This document shows, one piece after another, positions 40,869-50,013 of a DNA stretch of 64,000 bases. The notes below the pieces were generated by a model. That model worked only from the letters and a program-made list of their open reading frames with translations. It had not been told where the DNA came from and made no database searches. The DNA is from a bacterium (lineage in GTDB: Bacteria > Krumholzibacteriota > Krumholzibacteriia > LZORAL124-64-63): contig JANOEP010000009.1 of assembly GCA_031441465.1 (NCBI GenBank), positions 1 to 64,000 of the forward strand, written 5' to 3'. Made by a program: the position numbers and the translations under genes. The number at the start of each line of letters is the position of its first letter. Within the stretch, counting starts at the first letter, position 1.

Positions 40869-41179
40869 TTCACCCCTTCACCCTTTTCACCCACCCTCAC
40901 ATGCACACGAGAATACAGAAAGAAATAGTACGCGGGGGTGAAAGGGTGAAAGGGGGAATTAGAGAGATAACTCATTGAAATATATATATTTATCATTTCT
41001 GTCTTTCACCCTGTTTCACCCTCTTCTTTTCTTCCTTTGCGAGGGGGCGAAAAGGGTGAAATGCGTGCAACGTGTTGTTGTCCATGCTCTTACGGCGATT
41101 TTTACCGTTGGCGTTTCACCTTTGGGCGTTCTGGCACCCGATCGGGTGAAAGGCGCTGCTGTTTCACCGTGGGGGTGAA
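40869..41179. repeat. Iteron-like repeat array with AT-rich core: putative phage replication origin
   Basis: 12 exact TTCACC/GGTGAA cores in alternating orientation around GAAATATATATATTTATCATTT (about 40977-40998), directly downstream of primase gene. Confidence 0.7.
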
Positions 41180-41307
41180 CGGAGCGGGCTCCAGCTGGTG
41201 GCGTTCCCTGTCTCTGTGCTGAAGATCCAGAAATGACAGTCCACATGCACAAGCGGACATATTGCATCCACTTGTGCTTTCTGATCGCATTGCCAAAACG
41301 GGGTGCC

Positions 41308-43458
41308 TCAGCCGGCGATGGCTGCTTTCTCCATCAGCCGGTAGAACTGCCCGCCGCCACCGCTGACGATCTCCGTCCGAATCGCGATGTCGCCGCGCTG
41401 TTCCAAGGTGCTGATCAGGACGCGGAAAGTCTTGGCGTCGATCTTCATTCGCTTCAGGAGCACGCTGTGGGACAGCTCGCCACCTGGTGCCGTCCGCAGC
41501 TTGCGCAGGAGCTTGAGGCATTCAGCATGGAAGGGATTCTCGGCCACGTGGGATTGGGCCATGAACAGCATGCGGCGAGCCTGGTGGATAGCGAATCGGC
41601 TCGCCCAGTCCGCAGCCTCGCGCCCGATCTCGGGATTCAGATGGTTCTCGCTGACCGCGTAGATCAGCGCAAGCTTGCGCGCGTGCTCGGCGACCCGACC
41701 CCACAACGCCGTGCCGGCCGAATCGCCGACGCCCTCGGCTCGCGCATACTCCTGCTCGGCCTCACCACGCGCTTCGTCGAGGACCGTTCGCGCTGCTTCT
41801 GTTTGCGGCACGATCAAGGGCACGGGGTGCCAGTCCTGTAGGTTCCCGGTTCCGGGCCGGAAATCGGCCCACCATCGCGCCGTCTGCAGGACGCTGTCAG
41901 GGACCGGATGAATCCCCGGCGCCCGCCCTTGTGACCGAGTTCCGCACTCGAGGATGATCGTCCGCGCGAAGAACCCGTTGGTCAACATGCGCTCCGAGAG
42001 CGCCTCATAGTAGTGGTTCGGGATGGCCGTACCGAAGACCACCAGGCAAGGCTGGTCAATCGCGCCAGGCGTGTCACGACCGGCTTTACGCCGCATGGGG
42101 AAGATCGAGTTAGCCGTCGAGAACATCGTCAGCAGTGTGCCCATGATGTTCTCGTGCCGGGCATCGCGAGACTTGTTGATCGACTGCAACATGCCGTCGA
42201 TCTCGTCTGTCTGAAACAGCATGCACGGTTCTGTGAGGAGAGCATCTTGAACCCCTTCTCCGGACGCGAACCGGCCGCCGACCTGGTCGGACAACCCGAC
42301 AGCATGCAGTATCTCGGTATTCAGCTTGCGTGGCCGGTCTTTGCCGGCCGAGGAGAGAGCCAAGCCGAGCAAGTATAGGTTGGTCCGGTTGTCGTCCGGG
42401 TCGCGGACCTTTCGTCCCGCCAGTACACCCAGCAGGGCAAGAGCACCAGCGAACGCCAGCACCACGTTGGGGTATGGAGCGGTGGCCAGGCAGTGGTCCA
42501 TGACCTCGGACACGAATCCAGGGATGCGCAGCAACTCGTCAGGAATCGGGCCGGGATCGACCAGCGCCGGTGCCGGATCCTCGGCCGGGGTGGCCATCTC
42601 GGCGTCCTGTCCCCAGTGGTTTTCGGCCACTGCGACGGCGACCTGGTCGGGCTCGTAGCTGGCGACGCTGGCGGCGATCCGTTCGACTTCCCGCCCGGTC
42701 ACTGGCGGCCGGCAGCGGTCCTGGTTGGCCCGCGTCAGGGCGACCAGGATCTCCTCCTGGCTCATCCCCACCCGGCGCATGGCCCCGCCCAGGCGCGCCA
42801 ACGTGGCGTTCCGTTGGCCGGTTGGTATCACATTGCCACCGGCCGCCGGCGTCGCGCCCTGGGGCGCCACGAGTGCGCCGTGGGCCGCCACCTGGCCGTC
42901 CTCAGCGGGCCGTTTGCCTCCCTGGACAAAGAGGTCCGCTCCGCCGTCGACCTGGGCCGCGAGCCACGCGGGGGACTCAGGCTGATCGGCCGGCCCAGTC
43001 TCGATAGCCTTGATCCACTGGTACGGCTTGCCGCCCACCACCGAGGGCGGCAGGACGATGTAGCCTCCGTTGGCCCGGGTGTCGACCTTCGGGGCGAGCC
43101 GACCCGCGGTGCTGCTCCAGCTCTTGCCCGCCGGCTGCCGGAAGATGTAGTGCCGGCCGCCGCGAGGGGTCAGCGAGACCGGGCATTCTCCGAGCGCCTC
43201 GAGGTCATCGCCAGGCCAGGGGTTGTCAGCCCCGTCGACGTCGACGACCAGGAGGCCGGCGGTCGGCATGCCGATGTTCGCGTCCGGCCGCGCCGTCCAC
43301 CAAGCCGTGATCTGGCCGGCATCCGTCGTGGCGTCCAGGAACCCATGCGGCGTCGCGGGGGCTTTTCCGCACGGAATGCACGGAAAGACCGGGTACCCGA
43401 GCTCCGCATACCTCAACGCCGCCTGCAGCATCTTCCCGTTGGATTCGCCCACAAGCAC
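41308..43458 (-). CDS. Bifunctional primase/polymerase (Prim-Pol + PriCT-1 + DUF3987-like helicase region)
   Basis: GYPVFPC...K.P, ANIG, VVDVD, TPRGGRH..F, DTR..GGYIVLPPS; GQRN.TL; SSAGK, DEI, NGFFAR. Confidence 0.88.
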   Translation of the reverse strand: MLVGESNGKMLQAALRYAELGYPVFPCIPCGKAPATPHGFLDATTDAGQITAWWTARPDANIGMPTAGLLVVDVDGADNPWPGDDLEALGECPVSLTPRGGRHYIFRQPAGKSWSSTAGRLAPKVDTRANGGYIVLPPSVVGGKPYQWIKAIETGPADQPESPAWLAAQVDGGADLFVQGGKRPAEDGQVAAHGALVAPQGATPAAGGNVIPTGQRNATLARLGGAMRRVGMSQEEILVALTRANQDRCRPPVTGREVERIAASVASYEPDQVAVAVAENHWGQDAEMATPAEDPAPALVDPGPIPDELLRIPGFVSEVMDHCLATAPYPNVVLAFAGALALLGVLAGRKVRDPDDNRTNLYLLGLALSSAGKDRPRKLNTEILHAVGLSDQVGGRFASGEGVQDALLTEPCMLFQTDEIDGMLQSINKSRDARHENIMGTLLTMFSTANSIFPMRRKAGRDTPGAIDQPCLVVFGTAIPNHYYEALSERMLTNGFFARTIILECGTRSQGRAPGIHPVPDSVLQTARWWADFRPGTGNLQDWHPVPLIVPQTEAARTVLDEARGEAEQEYARAEGVGDSAGTALWGRVAEHARKLALIYAVSENHLNPEIGREAADWASRFAIHQARRMLFMAQSHVAENPFHAECLKLLRKLRTAPGGELSHSVLLKRMKIDAKTFRVLISTLEQRGDIAIRTEIVSGGGGQFYRLMEKAAIAG

Positions 43459-43469
43459 CTACTTCAAGG

Positions 43470-45191
43470 TCAGAAGGGTAGATCGTCATCATCCAGCGGG
43501 TCGTAGGCACCCGCGGAGCCACCGGCCAGGACTCCGGTCGGCTCGCGGTCGTCGTCCATCCCCGGTTCGCGCCAGGCGGGCCTGTCATCCAGCTCGTAGC
43601 CGATGATCCGCGGGAACTGGTCACCAACCACGGTGCGCACGGTGATCGAGCGGGTCCGGCACAGTGCGCCGTCGTTGGCCAGCAACTCAGCCACGGCCGC
43701 AGTCCGCGGCGCCGGAGCGGTCGACCTGCGCCGCCACCACGATTCGGCCTTCTGGCGGGCCCAGCCGGTATGTTCGAAGCAGATCCACTCGGACTGGTGC
43801 TGGTGAAAGCCGGTTTGGTACTCGACCCGCAGGGTCTTGGGCGCATCCTCTGGAGCGCCCTTCTTGCTGTGGATGCTGTAGAAGACCTCACGCACGTCGT
43901 GGACCGTGGTCGTCACCTCGCCCGAGAGAATGCCCTCAGTAGACGCGGTCGCCTCGTGCTGCCGCCGGTCGGGAGGCGGGAACTCGTAGCCGCAATCCGG
44001 GCACACGGCGTAGCCGGCGGCGATCAGGCTCTGGCACTCAGGGCACTGCTTGGCCGGCGCCTCGCCGTTGCCGCGATGGTTGACGGCCTGTATCCGGATG
44101 GCGTCGACAGGTCCGTGCCGCAGCACATTCCCGCCGAAGTCCAGAACCAGGCAGTTCTCCTTGCCCGCGTTCAGGCGGAATCCGCGACCAACCATCTGAT
44201 AGTAGAGCCCCGGCGACAACGTCGGCCGCACCATGGCCACGCAGTCGATGTTCGGCGCGTCGAATCCCATGGTCAGCACGTTGACGTTGACCAGGTACTT
44301 GATCCTGCCGGCCTTGAACTCGGCCAGGACCCGGTCGCGCTCCTCGGTCGCGGTCTCGCCGAAGACGGTGGCCACCGTCTCGTTCCCCATCCTGCGCAAG
44401 ACCGCGGCGACATGCTCGCCATGCTGGACTCCGGTGGTGAACACGAGGACCGAGTGCCGCCCCTGGGTCTGCTCGACGATCTCCCGGCAGGCCGACTCGA
44501 CGAGCTCGTCGGTGTCCATGAGGTCCTCGGCCTCGCCGGCCACGAACTCGCCCGCGCGCACATGCAGACCCGAAGTGTCCAGCGGCTGGGCACACCCCTT
44601 GGTGATCAACGGGCAGAGGTAGCCCTGGATGATCAGTTCCTTCACGCCAATCTCGTAGCAGACCTCGTTCAGGACGTTACCAGGCTCGCAGATCATTCCG
44701 CTCTTCATCCGAAACGGTGTCGCGGTCAGCCCGATCACCCGCAGGTTGGGATTCACCTTGCGGGCGTCCTCCAGAAAGGTCCGGTACATCCCGTCCCCGT
44801 CCGGGGGAATCATGTGCGCCTCGTCGATGATCACCAGGTCGAAGGCGTCGAGCTCGCAGGCCCGTCGGTAGACCGACTGGATCCCCGCAATGATGATCGG
44901 GTGCTCAGTGTCCCTGCTCTTCAGACCCGCTGAGTAGATCCCGGTCTTCATCCACATCTCAGGCGCCACGACGTGGATCTTGTCCAGCGCCTGCTCGAGC
45001 AGCTCCTTGACGTGGGCCAGGATCAGGACACGGCCGCCCCAACGCCCAACGGCATCCCTGCAGACCGTGGCCATAACGGGAGTTTTGCCCCCACCTGTCG
45101 GAATCACCACGCAGGGATTGTCGTCGCGTTCGCGCAGGTGGCTGTAGATCGCAGCCACCGCCTCCTGTTGGTAGGGCCTGAGCTCAAGCAC
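43470..45191 (-). CDS. SF2 DEAD/DEAH helicase (RadD/YejH-like) with Zn finger
   Basis: LRPYQ, PTGGGKT, DEAH, GLTATP, QMVGRGFR, CPEC...CPDC. Confidence 0.92.
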   Translation of the reverse strand: MLELRPYQQEAVAAIYSHLRERDDNPCVVIPTGGGKTPVMATVCRDAVGRWGGRVLILAHVKELLEQALDKIHVVAPEMWMKTGIYSAGLKSRDTEHPIIIAGIQSVYRRACELDAFDLVIIDEAHMIPPDGDGMYRTFLEDARKVNPNLRVIGLTATPFRMKSGMICEPGNVLNEVCYEIGVKELIIQGYLCPLITKGCAQPLDTSGLHVRAGEFVAGEAEDLMDTDELVESACREIVEQTQGRHSVLVFTTGVQHGEHVAAVLRRMGNETVATVFGETATEERDRVLAEFKAGRIKYLVNVNVLTMGFDAPNIDCVAMVRPTLSPGLYYQMVGRGFRLNAGKENCLVLDFGGNVLRHGPVDAIRIQAVNHRGNGEAPAKQCPECQSLIAAGYAVCPDCGYEFPPPDRRQHEATASTEGILSGEVTTTVHDVREVFYSIHSKKGAPEDAPKTLRVEYQTGFHQHQSEWICFEHTGWARQKAESWWRRRSTAPAPRTAAVAELLANDGALCRTRSITVRTVVGDQFPRIIGYELDDRPAWREPGMDDDREPTGVLAGGSAGAYDPLDDDDLPF

Positions 45192-45537
45192 TTCGGACTT
45201 CCTCCAGGCGCACCAGAGTGCGGCCGCCGCGGACGCACCCGCACATCTCGATGTTCAGCTTCTTGATCTGGCTGTCGTCGGCGTACAGGCCGCCGTGCTG
45301 GAGCGCATCAAGAAGGGCCTTTTGCAAATTGTCTGCATCGCGACGCTGGTGATTGGGCGGGTAGACTTCGATCTCCATGCGCAGCGGACCCCGCAAGCCG
45401 CCGACTCCGAGGCCGGCGAGGATGGCGCAGACCCGTTCGCGGAACCTGCGCCCCTCGCGGCTGATGAGCGTCCGGTGACCAACGCGCCGGTAGTAGTGGT
45501 TCACCGACGGCGGAAACGGCAGCTCGATCTCGATCAT
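45184..45537 (-). CDS. rusA: RusA Holliday junction resolvase
   Basis: LPFPPSVNHY, RRDADN..KALLDAL, DDSQI. Confidence 0.9.
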   Translation of the reverse strand: MIEIELPFPPSVNHYYRRVGHRTLISREGRRFRERVCAILAGLGVGGLRGPLRMEIEVYPPNHQRRDADNLQKALLDALQHGGLYADDSQIKKLNIEMCGCVRGGRTLVRLEEVRSA

Positions 45538-45989
45538 CGGCGGGCCCAAGGCGGGGTGCTTGTCGCCTCCTGCTGAGGCACGCCCGCGGCGGCGTCCTTG
45601 CGGGCGTAGCCGCGGATCTCGTTGACCACGTCACCGGTGTCGTCGCGTTTCTTGCATTTCACCGTGATCACCAGAGGCAGGTTGTGCAGTTCGATCGAAT
45701 CCTTGGGCTGCAGCACGCCGATCGCGCGGCAGAGAGCCGACAGTTCGCCCTGGGCGATCTGGACGGCCTGCCGGTTCGGATTGTCCAGGTTGAGCCGCGA
45801 CCAGAGCAGCCGGTTCTTGAACGGCCCGTCGATCACCTGGAACGTGAGCTCCAGATAGTGACCGGCACCGCTCTTGGTCGGCTTCATCTGCGAGTCGGTG
45901 ATGATGGCGATGTACTTGCCCGCGGGCAGCGGCTCGAAATCGGTCGCGGGGTCGACGTTGTTGGCGTCAAAGCCGTTGAGATTTGCCAT
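45534..45989 (-). CDS. DUF669-family phage single-stranded DNA binding protein
   Basis: FEPLPAGKY...I, YLELTFQV, NEIRGY, C-terminal PPW; adjacent to Sak4-like ATPase. Confidence 0.8.
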   Translation of the reverse strand: MANLNGFDANNVDPATDFEPLPAGKYIAIITDSQMKPTKSGAGHYLELTFQVIDGPFKNRLLWSRLNLDNPNRQAVQIAQGELSALCRAIGVLQPKDSIELHNLPLVITVKCKKRDDTGDVVNEIRGYARKDAAAGVPQQEATSTPPWARR

Positions 45990-45991
45990 GG

Positions 45992-46774
45992 CTACTTCGC
46001 TCCTTTGCTCTTGCCGCCCTGCGGCGCGACGATCGGTTCGGTGGTCATGTGCTGGGCGTAGACGTTCCAGTCCAGCGGCATCTCTTCGGGGAGACTCAGG
46101 CGGTTCTTGGCCACGTGGGCGGGGCGCTCGACCGTACGCAGGACGCGCTCGCCAGTGCCGATGCCCTGGTTGCGTTTGCGGTCGAAGCCCTCGTCGGTCT
46201 GCTTGGTGAAGACCTTGAACGTGGCGAACAGGACCTCGTCGCACCACTCCTGCAGGACTTGGGATGCCAGGCGGTGCAGACGTGGCACGTAGCGGTCGTA
46301 GCTATCGGTCTCGGGGTTCTCGAAACGCTCGATCCGGGCGTGGGCGATCAGAACCGTCGTCATGCCCTTGTCGCTGCGCAGCGCGGACAGGCCCTCGAGG
46401 AACTCGCGCCATTGCGACATGGCGAACACGTAGCCCTTGGCGTAGCCGATGTCCTCGATGCTCTCGACGTTTCGCTTGCGGCAGACGTCGGTCCAGATAA
46501 GGCGTTCCAGCCAGTCCAGCGAATCCACCACAACGGTTCGATAGGGGTGCTCGTCGGTGTAGAGCTCCGACAGGGCCTGCATGGCCTGATCGAACGTCGT
46601 GGTGACCGGGAACTTGGCGCAGTTGATCTCGCCGAGGCCATCCTCGGTTTGAATGAACACGGGCTTCGGTGCGCACGATGCGAAGGTCGACTTCCCGATG
46701 CCGTGGGTGCCGTAGAGCATCACCCGTCTCGGGGCCGGACCTCGTCCGCTGGTGACTTGCTGCAGAAGCTTCAC
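45992..46774 (-). CDS. Sak4-like AAA ATPase recombinase (AAA_24)
   Basis: YGTHGIGKST, TEDG, VVDSLDWLE, GYAKGY, IAHA, AKNR; GTG start after AAAGGAG. Confidence 0.85.
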   Translation of the reverse strand: MKLLQQVTSGRGPAPRRVMLYGTHGIGKSTFASCAPKPVFIQTEDGLGEINCAKFPVTTTFDQAMQALSELYTDEHPYRTVVVDSLDWLERLIWTDVCRKRNVESIEDIGYAKGYVFAMSQWREFLEGLSALRSDKGMTTVLIAHARIERFENPETDSYDRYVPRLHRLASQVLQEWCDEVLFATFKVFTKQTDEGFDRKRNQGIGTGERVLRTVERPAHVAKNRLSLPEEMPLDWNVYAQHMTTEPIVAPQGGKSKGAK

Positions 46775-46805
46775 GGTCGCATCTCCTTTCCGGTTGAGAT
46801 TGGTT

Positions 46806-46877
46806 GGGAAGCGGGCGGACCCAGGGAGTCCCGACGCGCTCGGGCGACAGCGCGTCACGCCATTCCGCCCGCTCCCC
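46806..46877 (-). other. Intergenic structured RNA element (nested hairpin)
   Basis: Outer stem AGCGGGCGGA (46810-19) / TCCGCCCGCT (46864-73), inner stem GACGCGCT (46833-40) / AGCGCGTC (46849-56). Confidence 0.5.
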
Positions 46878-46884
46878 TTGGCGT

Positions 46885-47712
46885 TCAGATCCAGTCGAAG
46901 TCGCGGATGTCCTCGTAGCCGGTGAGCCACTCGTCCCGCTCTCGGCAGTCGATCAGGCGCGCGATGCCTTCCTCGTTCTCCTTCTGGGCGAGCCCGAGAA
47001 CCTCCTCGCTGATCCTCCAGACGCCGCAGCGCACGGGTTCGCGCTTCTCCACGGCGATCATGTAGACGGGGAGGTTCGTGCCGGTGAGGAAGGCGATCAC
47101 GGATCGGTAGAAGGCCAGCTGGTGAGCGTAGCCGTAGGCGCGCGCATCCGTCTGAAGCCAGTCGATGTTCTCGCAGGTCTTCAGGTCGACGATCCCGCGC
47201 TCGGGATTCAGCCAGTCCAGACGCGACTGGCATGGCAGGCCGCAGTACGTCGCCCGCACCACGCCTTCGGGGACACCGTCAGCCAGAAGAGCCGAGGCGT
47301 GCTTGTGGGTCTGCACCGACGCGTTGAGACCTTCGATCAGGGCTGCCTGCTCGTCATCGAGCACGGGCTTGCCCTGCTCGTCCGCCCAGTCCTGGAAGGC
47401 CTTTGTGCGGCTGCCGAACGGCTGGCCGGTCCTCGGGTTGATCGGCCCGCCGAAGGCGTAGGTCTGCTCGTAGACCTCGCGGCCTTCGAGGATCAGGACA
47501 TGCGCAGCGCGGCCGACGACGTACGCCGGGCGGTCCTGGTCTTGCACCAGTCCGAGGTGCTTCTTGTGGTAGAGCAGCGGGTTGCGCCGGAACTCGGCCA
47601 GCATGTGGCTGGACAGGTACTTGCCAGCCTGGGCGTGGTACACGTCGGCCGGTTCGCAGATCAGGTCCTGGACGCTCCACGCGCGTCGCTTGAAGACTTC
47701 TGGCAGGTTCAT
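46885..47712 (-). CDS. PD-(D/E)XK exonuclease, RecE/DUF3799-like
   Basis: YHA....LSS, GRAAH..ILE, PE, RLDW, IVDLKT, YAHQLAFY, AVEK.EP. Confidence 0.85.
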   Translation of the reverse strand: MNLPEVFKRRAWSVQDLICEPADVYHAQAGKYLSSHMLAEFRRNPLLYHKKHLGLVQDQDRPAYVVGRAAHVLILEGREVYEQTYAFGGPINPRTGQPFGSRTKAFQDWADEQGKPVLDDEQAALIEGLNASVQTHKHASALLADGVPEGVVRATYCGLPCQSRLDWLNPERGIVDLKTCENIDWLQTDARAYGYAHQLAFYRSVIAFLTGTNLPVYMIAVEKREPVRCGVWRISEEVLGLAQKENEEGIARLIDCRERDEWLTGYEDIRDFDWI

Positions 47713-48014
47713 GAGTTGAGGTCCTCCGTTTCCGTCTTGGGCATGCGCTCGACGCGGCTGACCGAAAAGGCCCCCTCGCCGAACTCCCGGATGGCAAAAC
47801 CCGTGAAGATGCGGCTGATGTCCTGACCGACGACCGTGTCGGCATCGATCACGCAGGCGTGTTTCTCGGCGTCGAAGCAGTACTTCGCGTCGAGCCTCAC
47901 CCGCGACTTCCCGTGCAGGCCCTCGACCGCCATCACGGCCAGGAGCAGGGTGCTCTCGATCTCGTCTGCCGGCGCGGTGGCCTCGAACTCGTAGCGGTGG
48001 ATTTCTCGGTTCAT
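47709..48014 (-). CDS. Hypothetical phage protein, first gene of replication operon
   Basis: SD AGAGGA; ATGA overlap with exonuclease gene. Confidence 0.7.
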   Translation of the reverse strand: MNREIHRYEFEATAPADEIESTLLLAVMAVEGLHGKSRVRLDAKYCFDAEKHACVIDADTVVGQDISRIFTGFAIREFGEGAFSVSRVERMPKTETEDLNS

Positions 48015-48059
48015 CGTGCTTCCTCTTTTGCAGTTCCGGGCGTGTCTGCCCGCTGAGGG

Positions 48060-48090
48060 TTACTTACCCTGTCCCTTGCCGAGGTGTCGG
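48060..48090 (-). promoter_or_regulatory. Candidate phage-sigma promoter copy 2 (CCGACAC-N14-GGGTAAGTAA), embedded in the sigma gene 3' end
   Basis: Same motif and spacing as copies 1 and 3; its final TAA is the sigma stop codon; precedes replication operon. Confidence 0.75.
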
Positions 48091-48683
48091 GAGTCGCCGA
48101 GGTATTCGCGCAGTCCGTTGTCCTCGAAGATCTTCCGCAGACGGGCGATGCCCTTTTCGTAGAGCGTGCTGCGCGGCACGCCGATTTCGCGGGCGATCTC
48201 GGCCACGGTTCGGGTCTGCAGGCGGCGGGCGAAGTCACGCAGATCCTCGGGCAGTTCGTCCAACACCAACGAGAGGTCGAGCCTGAGGTCGATGCGTTCG
48301 GCCTCAGGGCGGTCGTGGCGCGCGAGTTCTTCGTCGTAGGCGTCCTGGCTGAGGACCTCGTCGAGCCCACGCTGCTGGCCGTCCTGGTCCTCGACCTGCG
48401 CATCCAGCGGGCAGACATGCCGCCGGTAGTCGCGCTTCTCCTGGCGCTGGTGGCGAATCAGGGTGGAGACCTTGCGGTCGACGACACGGGCCACGAAGGT
48501 GCTCAGGCCCGCCCTGTCGGGATCGTATTTGGCGAGTCGCCGCAGCAGATCCAGCATCATGTCCTGCTGCAGGTCGTCGTAGTCGTCGCGGGTGAATCCG
48601 TACTTGTTGATCAACTGCCTGGCTTTGTGCCGAATGACTTCACGGGCGTATCCGTCAAGGATGCGCTGCTTCGCGTTCTCCAT
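48060..48683 (-). CDS. Phage-encoded ECF-type sigma-70 factor
   Basis: Region 2 DDLQQD..L.L...L.KYDP.R..LSTF..RVV; region 4 LP..LR...TVAEIAREIGVPRSTL. Confidence 0.85.
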   Translation of the reverse strand: MENAKQRILDGYAREVIRHKARQLINKYGFTRDDYDDLQQDMMLDLLRRLAKYDPDRAGLSTFVARVVDRKVSTLIRHQRQEKRDYRRHVCPLDAQVEDQDGQQRGLDEVLSQDAYDEELARHDRPEAERIDLRLDLSLVLDELPEDLRDFARRLQTRTVAEIAREIGVPRSTLYEKGIARLRKIFEDNGLREYLGDSRHLGKGQGK

Positions 48684-48868
48684 CGGAACCTCTTTTGAGG
48701 CCGCGGAGAGGCGCAAGGGTGTCGCACGAGGCAGCGCATAGACCGGCGTGGCGGAGGCGCACGTGGTTCGCCGTTACGGCGACACCCACATGCACCTCCA
48801 CCTTGTGGCCGGTTGTATGTCTGGTGACGATCAGTCAGGGATGAGTGCGGGGCGGCCAGCCCCTCGGG

Positions 48869-49195
48869 TCAGGCGGCGGCTTCCTCCACCTGCATGCGGA
48901 AGGGCAGGCCGTGCTTGACCTCCAGGCAACGCACCGTCGCGTTGCCAAGGGAGGCAAACGTGTCCATGAGTTCCTGGACGCTCGACTTCAGAGCGAAGTC
49001 GGTGAGCCCGGCTTCGGAACGACGACCATTGCCGGCGCCGAACTTCACGTCCCGGACAACGCGAGGACGAGGTTTGAGCACCGGCAGGCCGTCGCGGATC
49101 ACGAGCCCTTCGATGATGCCGAAATCGAGCTTCTGCATCAGTCCGACGAGCTCGACCTGGGCTGGCAAGAGTGCGGATTTCCTGGGAGGCTTCAT
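48869..49195 (-). CDS. Hypothetical phage protein upstream of sigma factor
   Basis: LMQKLDFG.IE.L.IRDG.P...LEVKHGLPF; SD GGAAGGA. Confidence 0.7.
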   Translation of the reverse strand: MKPPRKSALLPAQVELVGLMQKLDFGIIEGLVIRDGLPVLKPRPRVVRDVKFGAGNGRRSEAGLTDFALKSSVQELMDTFASLGNATVRCLEVKHGLPFRMQVEEAAA

Positions 49196-49293
49196 GGAGG
49201 ATCCTTCCTGCTGTTGGTGTCCTGGGGATAACCTGTGCGTAACCTGTGGCCTAAACACTAAACGCTGTGGACCAAAAAAAGGGGTTGGGGACA

Positions 49294-49989
49294 TCACGAG
49301 AACAACCCTGGAACTGGCACGTGGGTCCGGATCAGCCCCAGCTCGATCAGGCGGATCTGCATCGCCTGCGCCGAGACCTCGAACACCGGTGCCATCTGCC
49401 TCGCTACCTCGACCGTGGGCCGTTCGTCCGCGCCGAGACCCCAGCGGGCCTTCAGGTCTGCGATCTCGTCGGCGGCGATGTACGGCCGCCGCGACCCGTG
49501 GACGGATTCCCACTGGGCGTAAACCATGTCCTTCGGCATCAGCACGTTGCCCGCGAAGGAGTCGGCCTGCCATTCCCGTGGGTCCTTCGATCCCGATCGG
49601 CACACAATGGGCTCCTCCCTACCCGCGAACAGAACCTCTTGCCCTTGGTCGGCCAGATACCGATGCCGGTGCAATTCCCAATGACCGATCTCGTGCCCGA
49701 CCGTGAACCGGTAGCGCCCCAGTTTGTCCGGAAACACGGACGGATCGAGGGACTGATCGATTTTCACCTCGCGAGACCGGATCCAGGTACCGCCCAGGAC
49801 ATTCGGGACATTCAACAGTCGCGGAAGATCCGCGAAGTCGAACGTGAGACCGAGATGGGCCTCGAGGATCTCTTCGACCGGAACCGGCGGCTGAACGCTC
49901 ACACCATACTTCCTGCCGTAGTCGGCCAACAAGACCAGGGTGCCAGCTTCGATGTCTTCCTTGGGGACAAAGTCATGGGATCGCGCCAT
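49294..49989 (-). CDS. immA: ImmA/IrrE family zinc metallopeptidase (anti-repressor)
   Basis: PVPVE, RYRFTVGHEIGHW.LH, EWQAD.FA..LMP, F.VS..AM.IRL. Confidence 0.9.
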   Translation of the reverse strand: MARSHDFVPKEDIEAGTLVLLADYGRKYGVSVQPPVPVEEILEAHLGLTFDFADLPRLLNVPNVLGGTWIRSREVKIDQSLDPSVFPDKLGRYRFTVGHEIGHWELHRHRYLADQGQEVLFAGREEPIVCRSGSKDPREWQADSFAGNVLMPKDMVYAQWESVHGSRRPYIAADEIADLKARWGLGADERPTVEVARQMAPVFEVSAQAMQIRLIELGLIRTHVPVPGLFS

Positions 49990-50013
49990 TCGTACCTCCT
50001 GTACGTCCTGCGA

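Noticed and set aside
40869..41179. CRISPR array
   Set aside because: Repeats are 6-8 bp, in both orientations and irregularly spaced; no cas genes.
49220..49272. DnaA-box-like repeats (TGGGGATAA, TAACCTGTG x2) and CTAAAC repeat upstream of 49195
   Set aside because: Short and degenerate; could be ImmR operator or promoter parts but cannot be supported from sequence alone.
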